From contig OX597828.1 of the NCBI GenBank assembly GCA_951406725.2, positions 2,356,001 through 2,420,000 of the forward strand: 64,000 bases of DNA. Direction: 5' to 3'. Origin of the DNA: Octopus vulgaris (Eukaryota). The translations under genes and the position numbers were made by a program. Positions 1-12,528 of the stretch are shown here, piece after piece; the first letter of the stretch is position 1; each line of letters begins with the position of its first letter. A model generated the notes under the pieces. The model was given only the letters and a program-made list of their open reading frames with translations. It was not told the origin of the DNA and did not search any database.

Positions 1-287
1 CTGGTCACGGGGAAAGAGAAGAGAGAGAGAGGTAGAGGCAGAGAGACAGATGAAATAACGAGGGGCGAGAAAAAGGACAGGGACACAGTGAAGTGAAAAG
101 AGGAGGGAAAGTAAGCATGAAGAGAAAGAAAGCAAATGTGAGAGAGAGGGAACGAAAGAACGAAGAGTGGAATGAACGAAGTAAACGTGAAAGGGCTGAT
201 AGAAAGAAGGAAAGAATAAAAAATAGAGTCGTACAAGATTTAGATAAATATAAGCTTACATATAAGAGACCAAAGTGTACTGCGCCG

Positions 288-346
<59 letters not shown>

Positions 347-531
347 GTAACAATTATTCGGTAGCCATGATAACTGAAGAGATGGTGGTGTGAATTTCCA
401 CCTCGGCATCCGAAACTCAGAGTTTTATCTTGGCTACCGTATAATTGTCACCTATTACATTTACAGATAAATTCCTCTATTTACATAATATTGAGGCCTC
501 TCTCTTTCTTTTGCTATCTTACCGTTTTTAT

Positions 532-560
<29 letters not shown>

Positions 561-566
<6 letters not shown>

Positions 567-757
567 ACAAAATGGGACAAGAACGCAAAACATCCAGACA
601 GGTGATAAAAAAAAGGGACAGCAAAACATCCAGATAGACGATACAAAGAAGGACGGGTCATTCGGAGTTTTCTTTGCCCAGTTGAGTTCCAGATTATCGT
701 TGCAATTTCGATCACTGTCTGGATATTTTGCGTTCTTGTCCCATTTTCTATTTTTTA
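561..757. mobile_element. Fold-back (MITE-like or PLE-derived) element in a (TA)n tract
   Basis: About 40-bp inverted termini (aaaatgggacaagaacgcaaaacatccagacag / ctgtctggatattttgcgttcttgtcccatttt), flanked by TA repeats. Confidence 0.65.
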
Positions 758-799
758 TATATAAAGCTTATAGCGGCGTACCTATATATATATATATAT

Positions 800-1320
800 A
801 CATGGTGCGGTGAATATATTGTCGTCTAAATTACGCAAAAATGCAAATAACATTGACATCTCTTTTTAACAGATATATTTATCAAAATTACATAAAAATA
901 TCTTGAAATAATAAAGAATAAATTTATTCAATAAAATCGCCATTGGTTTCGGCTGCTGCCTCCAGACGACTTCGAAATCTCCTGCAAATCTTCTGAGCGG
1001 TCTCCTTGTTTAAGTTGGTGAATGCTGCTATAATCCTTGCCTTCAGTTCATCATTGGTGTTACAAAGCGTTTTATTGGTCTCTCGCTCAACTGCGCCCCA
1101 CAAATTATAATTAAGAGGGATGCAGTCTGGGGAGTTAGGTGGGTAGATGTTAGAGGTCGCAGAATTTGTCTGACAACCATGACTGGATTATCATGTTTGT
1201 GTGGTATGAGGCAGAGTCCTGTTGCCAGACAGGTTTCTGGGTAAATTCCCTTCGTCAGTACAGAACAATGGCCGGTTAGAGATGGCAGCCACTTGCTCTT
1301 GCTCACATCATATATTTTTA
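800..1320 (-). mobile_element. Tc1/mariner-superfamily transposase 3' remnant
   Basis: Minus strand encodes PPNSPDCIPLNYNLWGAVERETNK...ELKARII...CRRFRSRLEA...NGDFIE*, the C-terminal DDxD/E region. TA-flanked. Confidence 0.75.
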
Positions 1321-1471
1321 AAGCGATACACAGTCGCTGATCTCGTGGAGAGAAAAACAACTAGTTTTATTTTAAATCTCTGAACGAGAAATATCTAGTA
1401 ACAGCACCGTACAATGTATTTACCACCGCAGCATGGCAGTCGTACGTAGGACGACGTTACTACTTTTGAGC

Positions 1472-1540
<69 letters not shown>

Positions 1541-1547
1541 TACATAC

Positions 1548-1940
1548 TCGTTACTCTCTTTTACTCTTTTACTTGTTTCAGCCATTTGACTGCGGCCATG
1601 CTGGAGCACCACCTTTAGTCGAGCAAATCGACCCCAGGACTTATTCTTTGTAAGCCTAGTACTTATTCTATCGGTCTCTTTTGCCGAAACACTAGCATCG
1701 GTTGTCAAGCGATGTTGAGGGGACCAACAGAGACACACAAACACACACACATATATATATATACTTATACATATATACGAAGGGATTCTTTTAGTTTCCG
1801 TCTACCAAATCCACTCACAAGGCTTTGGTCGGCCCGAGGCTATAGTAGAAGACACTTGCCCAAGGTGCCACGCAGTGGGACTGAACCTGGAACCATGTGG
1901 TTGGTAAGCAAGCTACTTACCATACAGCCACTCCTACGCC
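1548..1940 (-). mobile_element. tRNA-derived SINE, family S1
   Basis: Reverse complement of the ~390-bp repeat at 22163 and 22985, with tRNA-like head and gactgaaacaagtaaaagag tail. Confidence 0.85.
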
Positions 1941-2283
1941 TAATACATATATATATATATATATATATATTTAAAATAATAAGGGTGAAAAATTAAATAT
2001 TAATTTGATTAATATCAATTTAACACCTTTTATATGTGTGTGTGTGTATGGAGTCGAACCAGGGACAGCTGATGAAGGGGAACATTCCTTGTATTGTTTG
2101 TCTTGTACTCGTTGTTAAAAAAGTCCGTTTCCATGTTTGTTTTTATGTTTTCGTTTCTCGTTGAGTTCTACGTCTATTTGTGGTGTCCTGTACTCATATA
2201 TATATATATATATGCATGTATGTATACATGTAGATGTAGGTACGTACATATATGTATGTGTGTATGCATATATTTTATTTATT

Positions 2284-2336
<53 letters not shown>

Positions 2337-2404
2337 ATAGTCTGATAGATAAATAGGCAGACAGACAGACAAGCAGGCAGGCAGACAGGCAGCCTGACAG
2401 ACAC

Positions 2405-2460
<56 letters not shown>

Positions 2461-2897
2461 TGGTAGGTAGGTAGGTAGGTAGATAGGTAGGTAGGTAGGT
2501 AGGTAGGTAGGTAGGTAGGTAGGTAGGTAGATAGATAGGTAGGTAGGTAGGTAAAAAGACACAGATAGAACAGAGATACTATATCTAAGGTGAAGAAAAC
2601 AGAACCGCCTACGCTTACCAAAACTCACATCTGTCATAATCCAGGAAACTATGCTAACACACGCAGTAAATCGACAGGATACATTTCATTCACTCCGACT
2701 TAACGCTCACAGATTGTCACTACGCAGTTACATTGTTTCTATTTATCTTGTTTGTCACGCGAGAATCTTCAATATTTCGTGATATTTAACCCTGCACGAT
2801 ATTAAGACCATGTCATGTTATATTTATCATTTAACATAATTTTTCACTCTGAAACTATTGTATTACTATTATACTTTGAAGAGACATAGGCACACTA

Positions 2898-3252
2898 ATT
2901 TTGGCACAAGGCCAGCAATTTTGGGGTGGGGCTAAATCGATTATATCGACCTCAGTGCTCAACTGGTGCTTATTTGAACGATCCAGGAAGGATGAAAGGC
3001 AAAGTCGACCTCGGTGGAATTTGAGCTCAACACGAAAAGCCGGACGAAAGGCCGCTAAGCATTTTGCCCGGTGTGCTACCGATTATGCCAGCTGACCGGC
3101 TTTCTAAGCACACTAATAATGGTTTCAAATTTTGACACAAGGACACCAATTTCGGGAGAGGGAATTAGTTGATTGCCTTGAGCCTAGTGCTCAACTGGTA
3201 CTTATTTTATCGGCCTCGAAAGGATGAATGGCAATGTTGACCTCGGCGGGAT
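2898..3252 (-). mobile_element. Two tandem copies (one full, one partial) of SINE family S2
   Basis: Contain the gtcgactttgcctttcatcc...gataaaataagtacc core (Meta-SINE-like). The motif gcacactaat recurs at the junctions, resembling target duplication. Confidence 0.75.
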
Positions 3253-3685
3253 CCTAAGCACACTAATATTAAAAATGCAAATGATAAAAATGAAATGATT
3301 AAGATTTTCAGTTATAAACATTAAACAGAATACTAAGCAAGAATTTTAAAATAGAAAAAGGTGTTCGCAAGACCATTGTAGAATCAGAGCACGTATTTGT
3401 CGTAAATCGGACAGCCGTCCTAATCCTTTCCCCAAATTGACCTAATTCGTTACATCCATTCAAATTAAAGCCCACAAATAAAGTATCAATACGCTATCTA
3501 CTTTGTTAATAACTACCTCGCCTACCTCACGAGAGTCTTCGATGTTTCAAACTATTTACTCAAAGGGTGTACATGTATGTATGTATGTATGTATGTATGT
3601 ATGTATGTATGTATGTATGTATGTATGTATGTATGTATGTATGTATGTATGTATGTATTGTATTGTATAGTATGTATGTATATCA

Positions 3686-6600
3686 GGTAACTTATGAGGC
3701 TCTCATAAGTGCTATTGGTAACATGGAATCCAGTACAACCTGTTGCATGGTCGTGTTGTCGGCGGCTAAACTGATACCCCCACCAGGCTACCCTGGTGAG
3801 GAGGGTTGCTAGAAACCCAGCAGGATTAAAAACAAGACCTGTTGAAAGGTCGGATGAACCTAGTACAGGCTCGATGGCTATCTAGCAATAGCACGGGTAC
3901 GCAGAAACTCCGGGATGGTGTCCGGCATGCTGAAAGACCACTGGATGAGGCACCCCTCAGCTTCTGTTGAAGCATGTATCTAGAGGTCACACTGATATAA
4001 AACCAGATATGCAGGGAATGGAATTGGACATTTTGGGGAACTTTGGTTTGTGCTAGAGATCATGCCGCTCCTTCAACCATGAGCCTGCGACTCATATTGG
4101 CACCAGATATCTTGCTCCGGGTTGTCTCTGGATAATGTCAATAAAGTGGAGAGGGTCTATGAGGTGTCGTGCGAGCCTTATTGGATCTAAAACTCTGCAC
4201 AGACATTGCTGATCTCTGCTCGATATGTGCTGGAGTTGTTTTTTTCGATATATATTTATTTTATTTTCAGTGTATATGTATCTTTATTTTTAGTATGGAT
4301 TTATATATTCATTAATTTTTAGTATATATTTATTTTATTTTTATTCGGAAGTCCAACGGCGATGAGAAGGTGGCGAAGCTTGCAGACCTGACGGGTTGGA
4401 AGCATGTAGTCAGTGACCTGCATATAGGCAGCCCATGCTAGATATAAAATCGTCTCCTTGTCGCCCAAGAGGAAGTGGGAGCTGGATACACCGTTTTTTG
4501 GAAGGAGAGACAGAAGGAGGAGCGCAGAGAGGTTGGTGTTGGATTTGCAGTTCGATCTGATATCCTTAAGAAGTTGAAGGAGCTTCCTGTTCCTATAAAT
4601 GAACGTCTAAGGATTCTACGATTGCACCTGAAAGGTGGGCGGTTTGCTACTGTAATAAGTGTCTATGCACAAACTTTGACAAGTTGTGATGCCGATAAAA
4701 CTATTTTTATAACCAGCTGAGAGCCATACTTAGGAAAATTCTGATAAAGTCATTCTATTGGGGGATTTCAATGCCATGGGTGGGAACAGACTGGAACGCT
4801 CTATGACGTTTTGGTATAGGGAAAATGAATAGCAATGGGCTCATGCTGCTGGAGCTTTGCGATGAACTTGGACTTTACATCGCAAGCACTCATTTTATGC
4901 ACAAAGGTGATCACACAACAACGTGGATGCATCCAAGGTCTAAAGTTTGGCACTTGCTGGATTATGTCATCATCCGCAAGCGTGACATCTATGACATTTG
5001 TAATGTCAAGTCCTTTTATGGATCGGAATGCTGGACAGACCACAGTCTGGTGCGAGTAAAGTTCTGGATGATGATTAGAGTGAAAGAGAGAAGAGAGCCA
5101 GTCGGCATTCCTCGGCGTCTGAATGTCCACAAGATATATGATGCTGTGTTGAGGAAGGAACTGCAGACTCGCTTGTCCAGCATGGAAAATCCAAACTTAC
5201 AGTATGGGAAGATTTTCGAGACCAGGTTCTTCAATGTGTTGCTGAAACACTGGGATGTGCTACTGCCAGACACAGAGACTGGTTTGATGAAAATGATGCT
5301 GAAGTTCAGCGATTATTGGCTGTAAAGCGCCATGCCCACAATATATTGCTGCACAGAGGACTTTCAGCTGTGCAGCAAAATCTAACACTTTCCCACTATA
5401 GCAGTGTAAAATCACTACTGCATCGATCTCTCAGGAAGATGCAGAACACTTGTTGAGAGGGATCTTGATCGTAGTGTTCAGGCTGCTGCTGATGCAAATG
5501 ACAGCAAGAAGCTTTACCCTCTTATGAAGCAAGTTTGTGGGTCTAAGAACTCTGCATCAGCTTCTTTGCTTTCCAAGGAGTCTTCTACTCTACTAAATCA
5601 ACAGAAATCACAGATCACTGGATTGAACACTTCTCTGAACCATGAGTCAGTTGTGGATGAAACAGTGATTGATAATATGCAACAAAGACCTATCAACGCC
5701 CTCAATAGATGAGGTAATGTCATCAATAAATAAATTGAATCTTGGTAGGGCACCTGGAAGGGACAGAATTTGTGCTGAGGTCTTGCGGTTTGGTGGTGAT
5801 TACATCATACAGTCTCTTCATGAACTTATTAGTGTAATCTGGAGGGATGGTGCAATGCCTAGGGACTGGAAAGATGCAATTATTCTTCTAGAACAGTGTG
5901 TGGTAACTAAAGAGGTATTGCTGGCAAGGTTCTGACAAATATTATTCTTACCCGCCTGAATGGATGTCTCGTAACTGATATTCTATCTGAATCTCAATGT
6001 GGCTTCCGATCTGGTAGAGGGACAATGGATATGATTTTCACAGTAAGACATATGCAGGAGAAGTACTATGAGTAGAACATAGGGTCTTGCTATAGAAAAT
6101 ACTTGGCAAACTTGGATGTCCGGATCACTTTGTATCTATAATTAAATCATTTCTTGATGGGATGGAGGCTTGGGTCAGTGTTGGTGGTGGCATGGCGGGA
6201 CCCATTCCTGTAGAGAAATGTGTTAAGCAGGGTGGCAGCCTTGCCCCAACTCTCTTTTCTTTGTACTTTGCTGCTGCTTTTACTCATGCTTTTGCGAAGG
6301 TTAGCTCCCTGGGAATATATGTCAGGTATCGATCTTCTGGCCACCTCTTAATCTGCACCGATTTCCTGCCAATTCAAAAGTTTTCCAATCTCTTATTCAT
6401 GAATTCCTTTATGCAGATGACTGTGGGTGACATACAAATACTTATGAATCGTATTTCTGCTTCTTGCAAGGCATTTGGACTCAGTATTAGCCTGGACAAA
6501 ACTGTTGTACTGTTCCAGCCTGCACCAGGAATTCCATATGTGGAACCAGCTATCTTGGTTGAAGGAACAATTCTGAAAGTGGTAGATAAGTTTGTCTACC

Positions 6601-7405
6601 TGGGTAGCATACTCAGCTGTTCATGCTCCCTGGATGATGAAATATCTTTCAGGCTGTAGAGAGCAACTGATTCCTTCCGGTCTCTTGAGTTTCGTGTCTG
6701 GTCCCAGTATGGCATCACAAAGCAAACAAAAATTGCTGTGTACCGTGCATGTGTGCTAACATCGCTCCTTTACTCGTGTGAGACATGGAACTTTTACGGA
6801 TGTCATGTAAGGGGTCTTGAACGCTTTCATCAGAGATGTCTCAGACACATTCTGAATGCTGGTTGGACCTTAAAAACTCGACGTACAGGTCCTGAGGATA
6901 GTTGATATCTTGAGTATTGAGGCGATTGTGCGCTAGCACCGATTACGTTGGACTGGACACCTTATTAGAATGAAAGATAACAGGGTCCCTATGCAGATGC
7001 TATATGAGGAACTTGTTAGTGGAAAATGATCCCGGCAAAAACCGAAGCTGCGATTTAAGGACTGCGTCAAATCCTCATTAAAGGCCTATGATATGTAGGA
7101 GACTGACTGGGAGAGCAATGCCTTTCATCCCCACAGATGGAGTAAGCAGGTTAAGGAGCGGGTTGACACCTTTGAGAGAGCACGTATTCTGCATGAAGAA
7201 CTTAAGCCTGCTGCTCAAAAGTGCACTACTAATGTAGTGAATGGGGAAAGCTTGGTCTGCAATGTTTGCTGTCGTGTATGTTTGTCAAGAGCAGGGCTCA
7301 CTAGCCACCAACGGAGCTACAACTTCAAAATATAAGTTAGTCCTAGAGCGCACAATGTTCCCTAAGATTGGCAATGGTCTTCCTCGGTCAACAGTGGACG
7401 GCCAT
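3686..7405 (+). mobile_element. Near full-length degenerate RTE-clade LINE (APE endonuclease + RT)
   Basis: Frameshifted fragments GYTVFWK..GVGFAV, TWMHPRSKVWHLLDYV, TDHSLV, KQGGSLAPTLF, FVYLGS, and a C-terminal CNVCCRVCLSRAGLTSHQRS finger. Flanked by (ATGT)n. Confidence 0.92.
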
Positions 7406-7451
7406 CATGTATGCATGCATGTATGTATTATGTATGTATCCATGTATGTAC

Positions 7452-7494
<43 letters not shown>

Positions 7495-7501
<7 letters not shown>

Positions 7502-8870
7502 TAATATTAGGGAATAAATCCAAACTTACAGGGAAAAATTAGATTTAGGATTAAATCCAATTTTATAGTATAAATATATTATATTATATTATATTATATT
7601 AGAGATAAAACCACTATTAGGCAAATCAAACAGTGAAAAACATAAGCCAATACATAAAATTAATTTAAAAATATAAAAGTTAAAAATAAAAAATTATTTA
7701 AATAATTTAAACTTATAAATTTTATATATATATATACAAATATATATATATGTATGTATGTATATTTTTATATTTATATATTATTTTATTTATTAATTAA
7801 TTTATTTATTTATTTATTCATTTTTTTTATCAAATATCAAAAGTATTAAAAGTTTAATAAAAGATAAAGAGTAAAACACTACGATCGTTTCATGGCTGTA
7901 CCAATTCGAATAACAATAATTTAAATTCATTTAATAATTCGATGGTTACAGTCAATCTTCAGGTTAATTATTTTAAAAATAATCAGAAATATTTAAACAA
8001 TATTTTTAAGATATAAATAATATAATAATTTTACTTATAATAAACTCTATTATCAAACTAGAAACTTAAAACTTAACAATTATGAATTATGACTATATCA
8101 AAATCGATTATAATGTTAAATATTAATTTTAATTTATAAGATAGGAAACCCACCAATAATCTAATATCGGTAATAGTCTATATCTAATTACATAAATATT
8201 TTTTTTAAATGACTATTATATATAAATTATCAATGAAAACATATAAATGTATATAAATATTATAATTAAGATCTAAAATAATCTCTATAAATAAATATAT
8301 ATGCACATATAATAAAAACCTAATAAATTAATTTTTCATATTTAAAGATGAAATAGCTAATTTCAAAAATACAAACAAACTTAAACGAACTCTCGGAAAT
8401 CTTATTTAAAATACTTATAGAAATAATCAATTCGTAGTTATATAGTATCGAATAAATACTATAAATACTATAAATATAATTATCAATGGGAATAACTAGC
8501 GAATATCAATTTAAAAAGACAATAACTAAGTTATGCTATTAAGTTAGACATGGCCTGGAATAATCTTTAGTCGAAACATATCTAAGTTTATCAAAGTTTA
8601 TCTAATTTTAATTATAAGAAATTTAAAACTACAATTAATACTATTAATACATGTATATACAAAAGCCTAACTTAAGACACTTCGTATACTTGCTATCAAA
8701 CAACAAATCTATCGCTAAGTAATATCTTACGAATAAACTTAAATTTAATATCTAATAATATAGAAAATTACGATAATTAGATCATTACATAAACAACGAT
8801 ATTTACATAAGGAAAATATTATTACACCAAAGACTTATAAAATATTAAAATTTACAATTTAAAGATCTTA
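7495..8870 (+). mobile_element. Extremely AT-rich decayed Penelope-like remnant
   Basis: RKPT-like codons near 8143, an upstream inverted hammerhead motif, and a left end homologous (inverted) to 22760-22835. Inserted next to (TA)n. Confidence 0.45.
7875..7967 (-). ncRNA. Hammerhead ribozyme motif with long stem II
   Basis: CTGAAGA-T-[TGACTGTAACC...GGTACAGCCA]-T-GAAAC-GATC-GTA. Stem III is palindromic and stem I is weak. Confidence 0.55.
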
Positions 8871-10029
8871 ACGCTAGCATCCGGTATGCGGAGCTTTCAA
8901 CTAGTAACCCTTGCCCCTGCATGTTGTTGCAAAAGATCTTACTCCCTGTTCGGATGTGATGTGTTATACTTTGGTTGGAATTAGGAAGCCAACCAGCTAT
9001 TTACCGAATAAATCGAACACACTTTTACTCTGCTTCGAATACCGACGTTGATCGTTTATGCCGAATAAAACGATTTGACTCTCCAGAATTGTTTCACGTC
9101 ATACGTAGTCCTGCTGTCTTAGAAATCGTTGTAATTGAGTAACTGTTTCTATACTGTCGGTAAATTTTCTATAGCTATAAATGTTGCTTTTGCTTTTGCT
9201 TTTCGAAACTTATTCTAAAATTTAAATTGCAAACAGTAGAGATGCCATCAGAATATTTGTCTAAAGCAACAATAGTTGTTGTAAGCAAACATTTGAAGCA
9301 AAGATACAATCAATGACACCGACATAATCAACCATCTGTTTTAACACCAATACCTATGACGACACTCATGCACACAGACGCGCATACACGCGCGCGCACG
9401 TTCACACACCGTGATTATTCCTTTCAAATAATACGAACAGCAGAGCTCAGTGACAACGCAAGACAACTGACAAGATGACAAAAACAAAGCCGTCTCCTCC
9501 TCAAAATTATACAGGAAATAAAGGGAAAACATGATAGTGTGAAATAAAGAAATACTGCATGCAATATGAAGTAAGGAATTTAATTGATTTATAATGCTAT
9601 AGAATCTATACAGACAGTGTGTACATTGGAATTCTAACGGGTGTTATTGATTAAGTTTTACAATGTTCTCTTTCATGTGCTTTTTGTACTCAGAATTTTT
9701 AACTTCCACTTGATCTGCACCAATGTTTTTGTGTTGTGCCATAGATGACTGGAAGCAACTTTTAAAGGGTATCTATAGAGAATCTGAGACTGGGAAGATC
9801 TATTCATGTTTGCTTCATTTGGAAAAAAATTAGATTGTTAGAGAATGCACATAAAAAAAAATAGGCCACGCTTTAGAGAAGGCGATCGACTAATTTGTAT
9901 ATCAAATATAAGCACGGATAACACGGCTAAAACTCTCGAACTCTAAGCTTAATCTCTAGTGAGATTTCATGTTGGCATCAAAAATATAATTTTCTCAAAA
10001 CTACATCCCAAACACTAGATTTCCATTTG

Positions 10030-10620
10030 AAGACCAGAAAATTCTGTAGCTCTAATAAACTGATGAGCCTCCTTTTTTTATAGTTTTATCAGAGAAGGAA
10101 TTTCAACATCCGTAACTTTTAGACAAGATTTCCGAGTCTGAGGCCTCTTTCCTCAGACTTTTCTATCAATACTTAATCAGTCTCTTCTCTTCTGAATTGC
10201 CTAGTCCCCTAGTCGTTTCTCATTCTCTTGTCACCATTATTTTTTCAACCACAATCCAGCCTCCATCCCAAACTTGGTGCTATCTCTCCAGAATTTCACT
10301 CTTCTAGAATTCCTTCCAGCCCATATTTTTCCAGCGATTGTCAGACAAAGAGAAATGTCAACTGTGCCGATCTCATCAGACTCAGAAGACCTGTGAAGGC
10401 CTTGGATACAGGCACCTTCTCCAAAGCATTTAATAAAAATTGTCAAAGTGCTATGCAATGAGATCATACCCATAACTACTTCACTGCGAGCTGTGAAGCT
10501 GCTATAAAACAGTTTACCTAAAGTATAATACCAAAACTGTGTTAATAGCTGCTACAGATATCATTACAATGTTTTATCATAAACTTTTTGATTCTAAAGA
10601 AGACCCTTACTTCCACAACA
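10030..10620 (-). mobile_element. Highly degraded LINE RT remnant
   Basis: Fragments resembling RT N-terminal motifs (IFIKCFGEG, ISLCLTIAGKI). Confidence 0.4.
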
Positions 10621-11202
10621 TTCTCATCTAAGAAACTATTTTCTTTAAACATTTCTTCTCAGACTTCTTCAATATCTGATCGTTATATATAAATTGCGTT
10701 TTAGGTTTTGTTTGAAAACAAAGACTATAATCTTGTTATCGTTTTATCCGTGATTCATACATCATTTCCATATATATTGCTATTTCTTAATAAGAGAATT
10801 ATTCAAACACGAAATCTTAGATTCAGAAAAAATGTGAAAAACATCACAAGGAATCATAATTCAGTCATATATTTTTTTCTTTTTCTTTGCCCTAACCTCG
10901 TAGGAATAACAGATTATATCTGAAAAATTAGCTGGTCGTTTGGCCCATTTACAAAAAATAAATGTCAACAGAAGAATTAATGAAAAACTTGAAAGCGCCG
11001 ACTTATTTTCATATCTTAAAAATATATCAACTGACAAACATTCAAGTTCGAAACAATTCCTTCTTAGTATCTTTAAACACTTGGACACATTCACAAAACC
11101 GCACACAAGGATGTGTGTGCGAATGTACATAACTATTTATATATGTGAATATGTTATTTATATATATGTATATGTATATACGTACGCATAATATGTTTTT
11201 TT

Positions 11203-11396
11203 TTTCAAAATGTAACCACACGTGATTCGTTGACAATTTTTCCCCTCAGTCTTCCTTTTCCATTGGACTTTCCTCTGTTTCTGAAGAAGAGCTTTGTTCG
11301 AAACGTAAAACTACCTTTCTTTCCTTCCCTGAACGTCTGCTAATACTTTACATGTACCACGTCCTCGTGTTGTTGTTTTTTTTGTGTTTGTTCTTC
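11203..11396 (+). mobile_element. ~200-bp non-coding hammerhead-bearing element (family A1) in (TA)n-rich context
   Basis: Homologous over its length to the reverse complement of 30976-31176. No ORF; central hammerhead. Confidence 0.75.
11277..11311 (+). ncRNA. Minimal type-I hammerhead ribozyme
   Basis: GTTT-CTGAAGA-A-GAGC/ttt/GTTC-GAAAC-GTA-AAAC. Stem I is GTTT:AAAC, stem II is 4 bp, stem III is the palindrome ACGT, and the cleavage triplet is GUA. Confidence 0.8.
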
Positions 11397-11421
11397 GTTT
11401 TTTTTTTTTGGTGGGGGGATT

Positions 11422-11472
<51 letters not shown>

Positions 11473-11473
<1 letters not shown>

Positions 11474-11657
11474 TTTATTTAAAGCAGCAGAAAATTCAAC
11501 AAAACCTGTTACTCTGAGTTTCCCGTTGCCGTTCTACGGACAGTTTTGCTAGAATGGAACCGATATGTCAATTCTATCTAGCAAAACTGTCCGATGAACG
11601 GCAACGGGAAACTCAGAGTAACAGGTTTTGTTGAATTTTCTGCTGCTTTAAATAAAG
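11473..11657. repeat. 81-bp-arm near-perfect palindrome (family B element, extending to ~11730)
   Basis: Arms 11473-11553 and 11577-11657 differ at 2 positions around a 23-nt spacer. Each arm carries a hammerhead motif. Confidence 0.9.
11587..11624 (+). ncRNA. Minimal hammerhead, U4C variant (mirror copy at 11506-11543, minus strand)
   Basis: CTGT-CCGATGA-ACGGCAACGG-GAAAC-TCAGA-GTA-ACAG. Stem I is CTGT:ACAG and stem III is ACTC:GAGT. Confidence 0.7.
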
Positions 11658-11726
11658 CATATTACTCTACCACTGGTATTTGGGGAGTCTTTTTTCCACC
11701 TTGTTTCACATTTATGTGTTTACTCC

Positions 11727-11763
<37 letters not shown>

Positions 11764-12483
11764 CGACTATTAATGCACAGGTGCTACCAGTCGAGAGCTC
11801 CGCATACCGGAAGCCAGCAAGTGTAAGGGGTCATCATAAACTTATATGAATAATAAACCTATTATATTTTGAATTTTGAATGATTTTATCTGCTCCTTAT
11901 TTAACGTATTTCGTTTAGCCCGTATTGATGTCGTTTAGCCCGGGCTCAACCCAGACTGAACATACCGATGATCAAAGATGCTTTTATCACGATCCTCTCA
12001 ATCTCCTCTCAAATACTACGCACATAGCACATTTTCCAATACATCTCCACCATTTCTAAAGATGGGTTATAATTTAAGGGATACTTAGTGCTATTTCTAA
12101 CAAGTCGACCTAACCACATAGAAGCTTCTTAGTTGGTTGTTTTTGAACTGAATGATCAAAAGCGTTTCTGCTGCAACCAGTCTTTGAGAGATTGCTTTAT
12201 TATTCAAACAGTATGCCGAAGACTTCCTTGCTCAATGTTTTCTACACTTTCTGGGGGCGATATATGAGATTTGGATCATGCATCCACATTGATGCTGGTA
12301 GCTGCACGTGTGTTTTTGTACTGGTGTAAATATATGTTCAAACACACTCACACACACACACACATACACACGCACACACACATACACACACTCACTCCCA
12401 CACACACTTACACTCGCACACATACACACACACGCACATACCTACACAGACATACATGCTTATATGTATGAATAGGTGTGTGT

Positions 12484-12528
<45 letters not shown>

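Noticed and set aside
2060-2100. CTGATGA motif (also CTGACGA near 26290 and CCGATGA near 30890, minus strand) as a hammerhead
   Set aside because: There is no downstream GAAAC, and a permuted (type II) fold lacks a pairing stem I.
3770-3810. GAGGAGGGTTG as a twister ribozyme end
   Set aside because: The twister GGUCCCAAGCCC-type pseudoknot core is absent.
10060-10110. CTGATGAG as a hammerhead core
   Set aside because: No GAAAC or stems follow.
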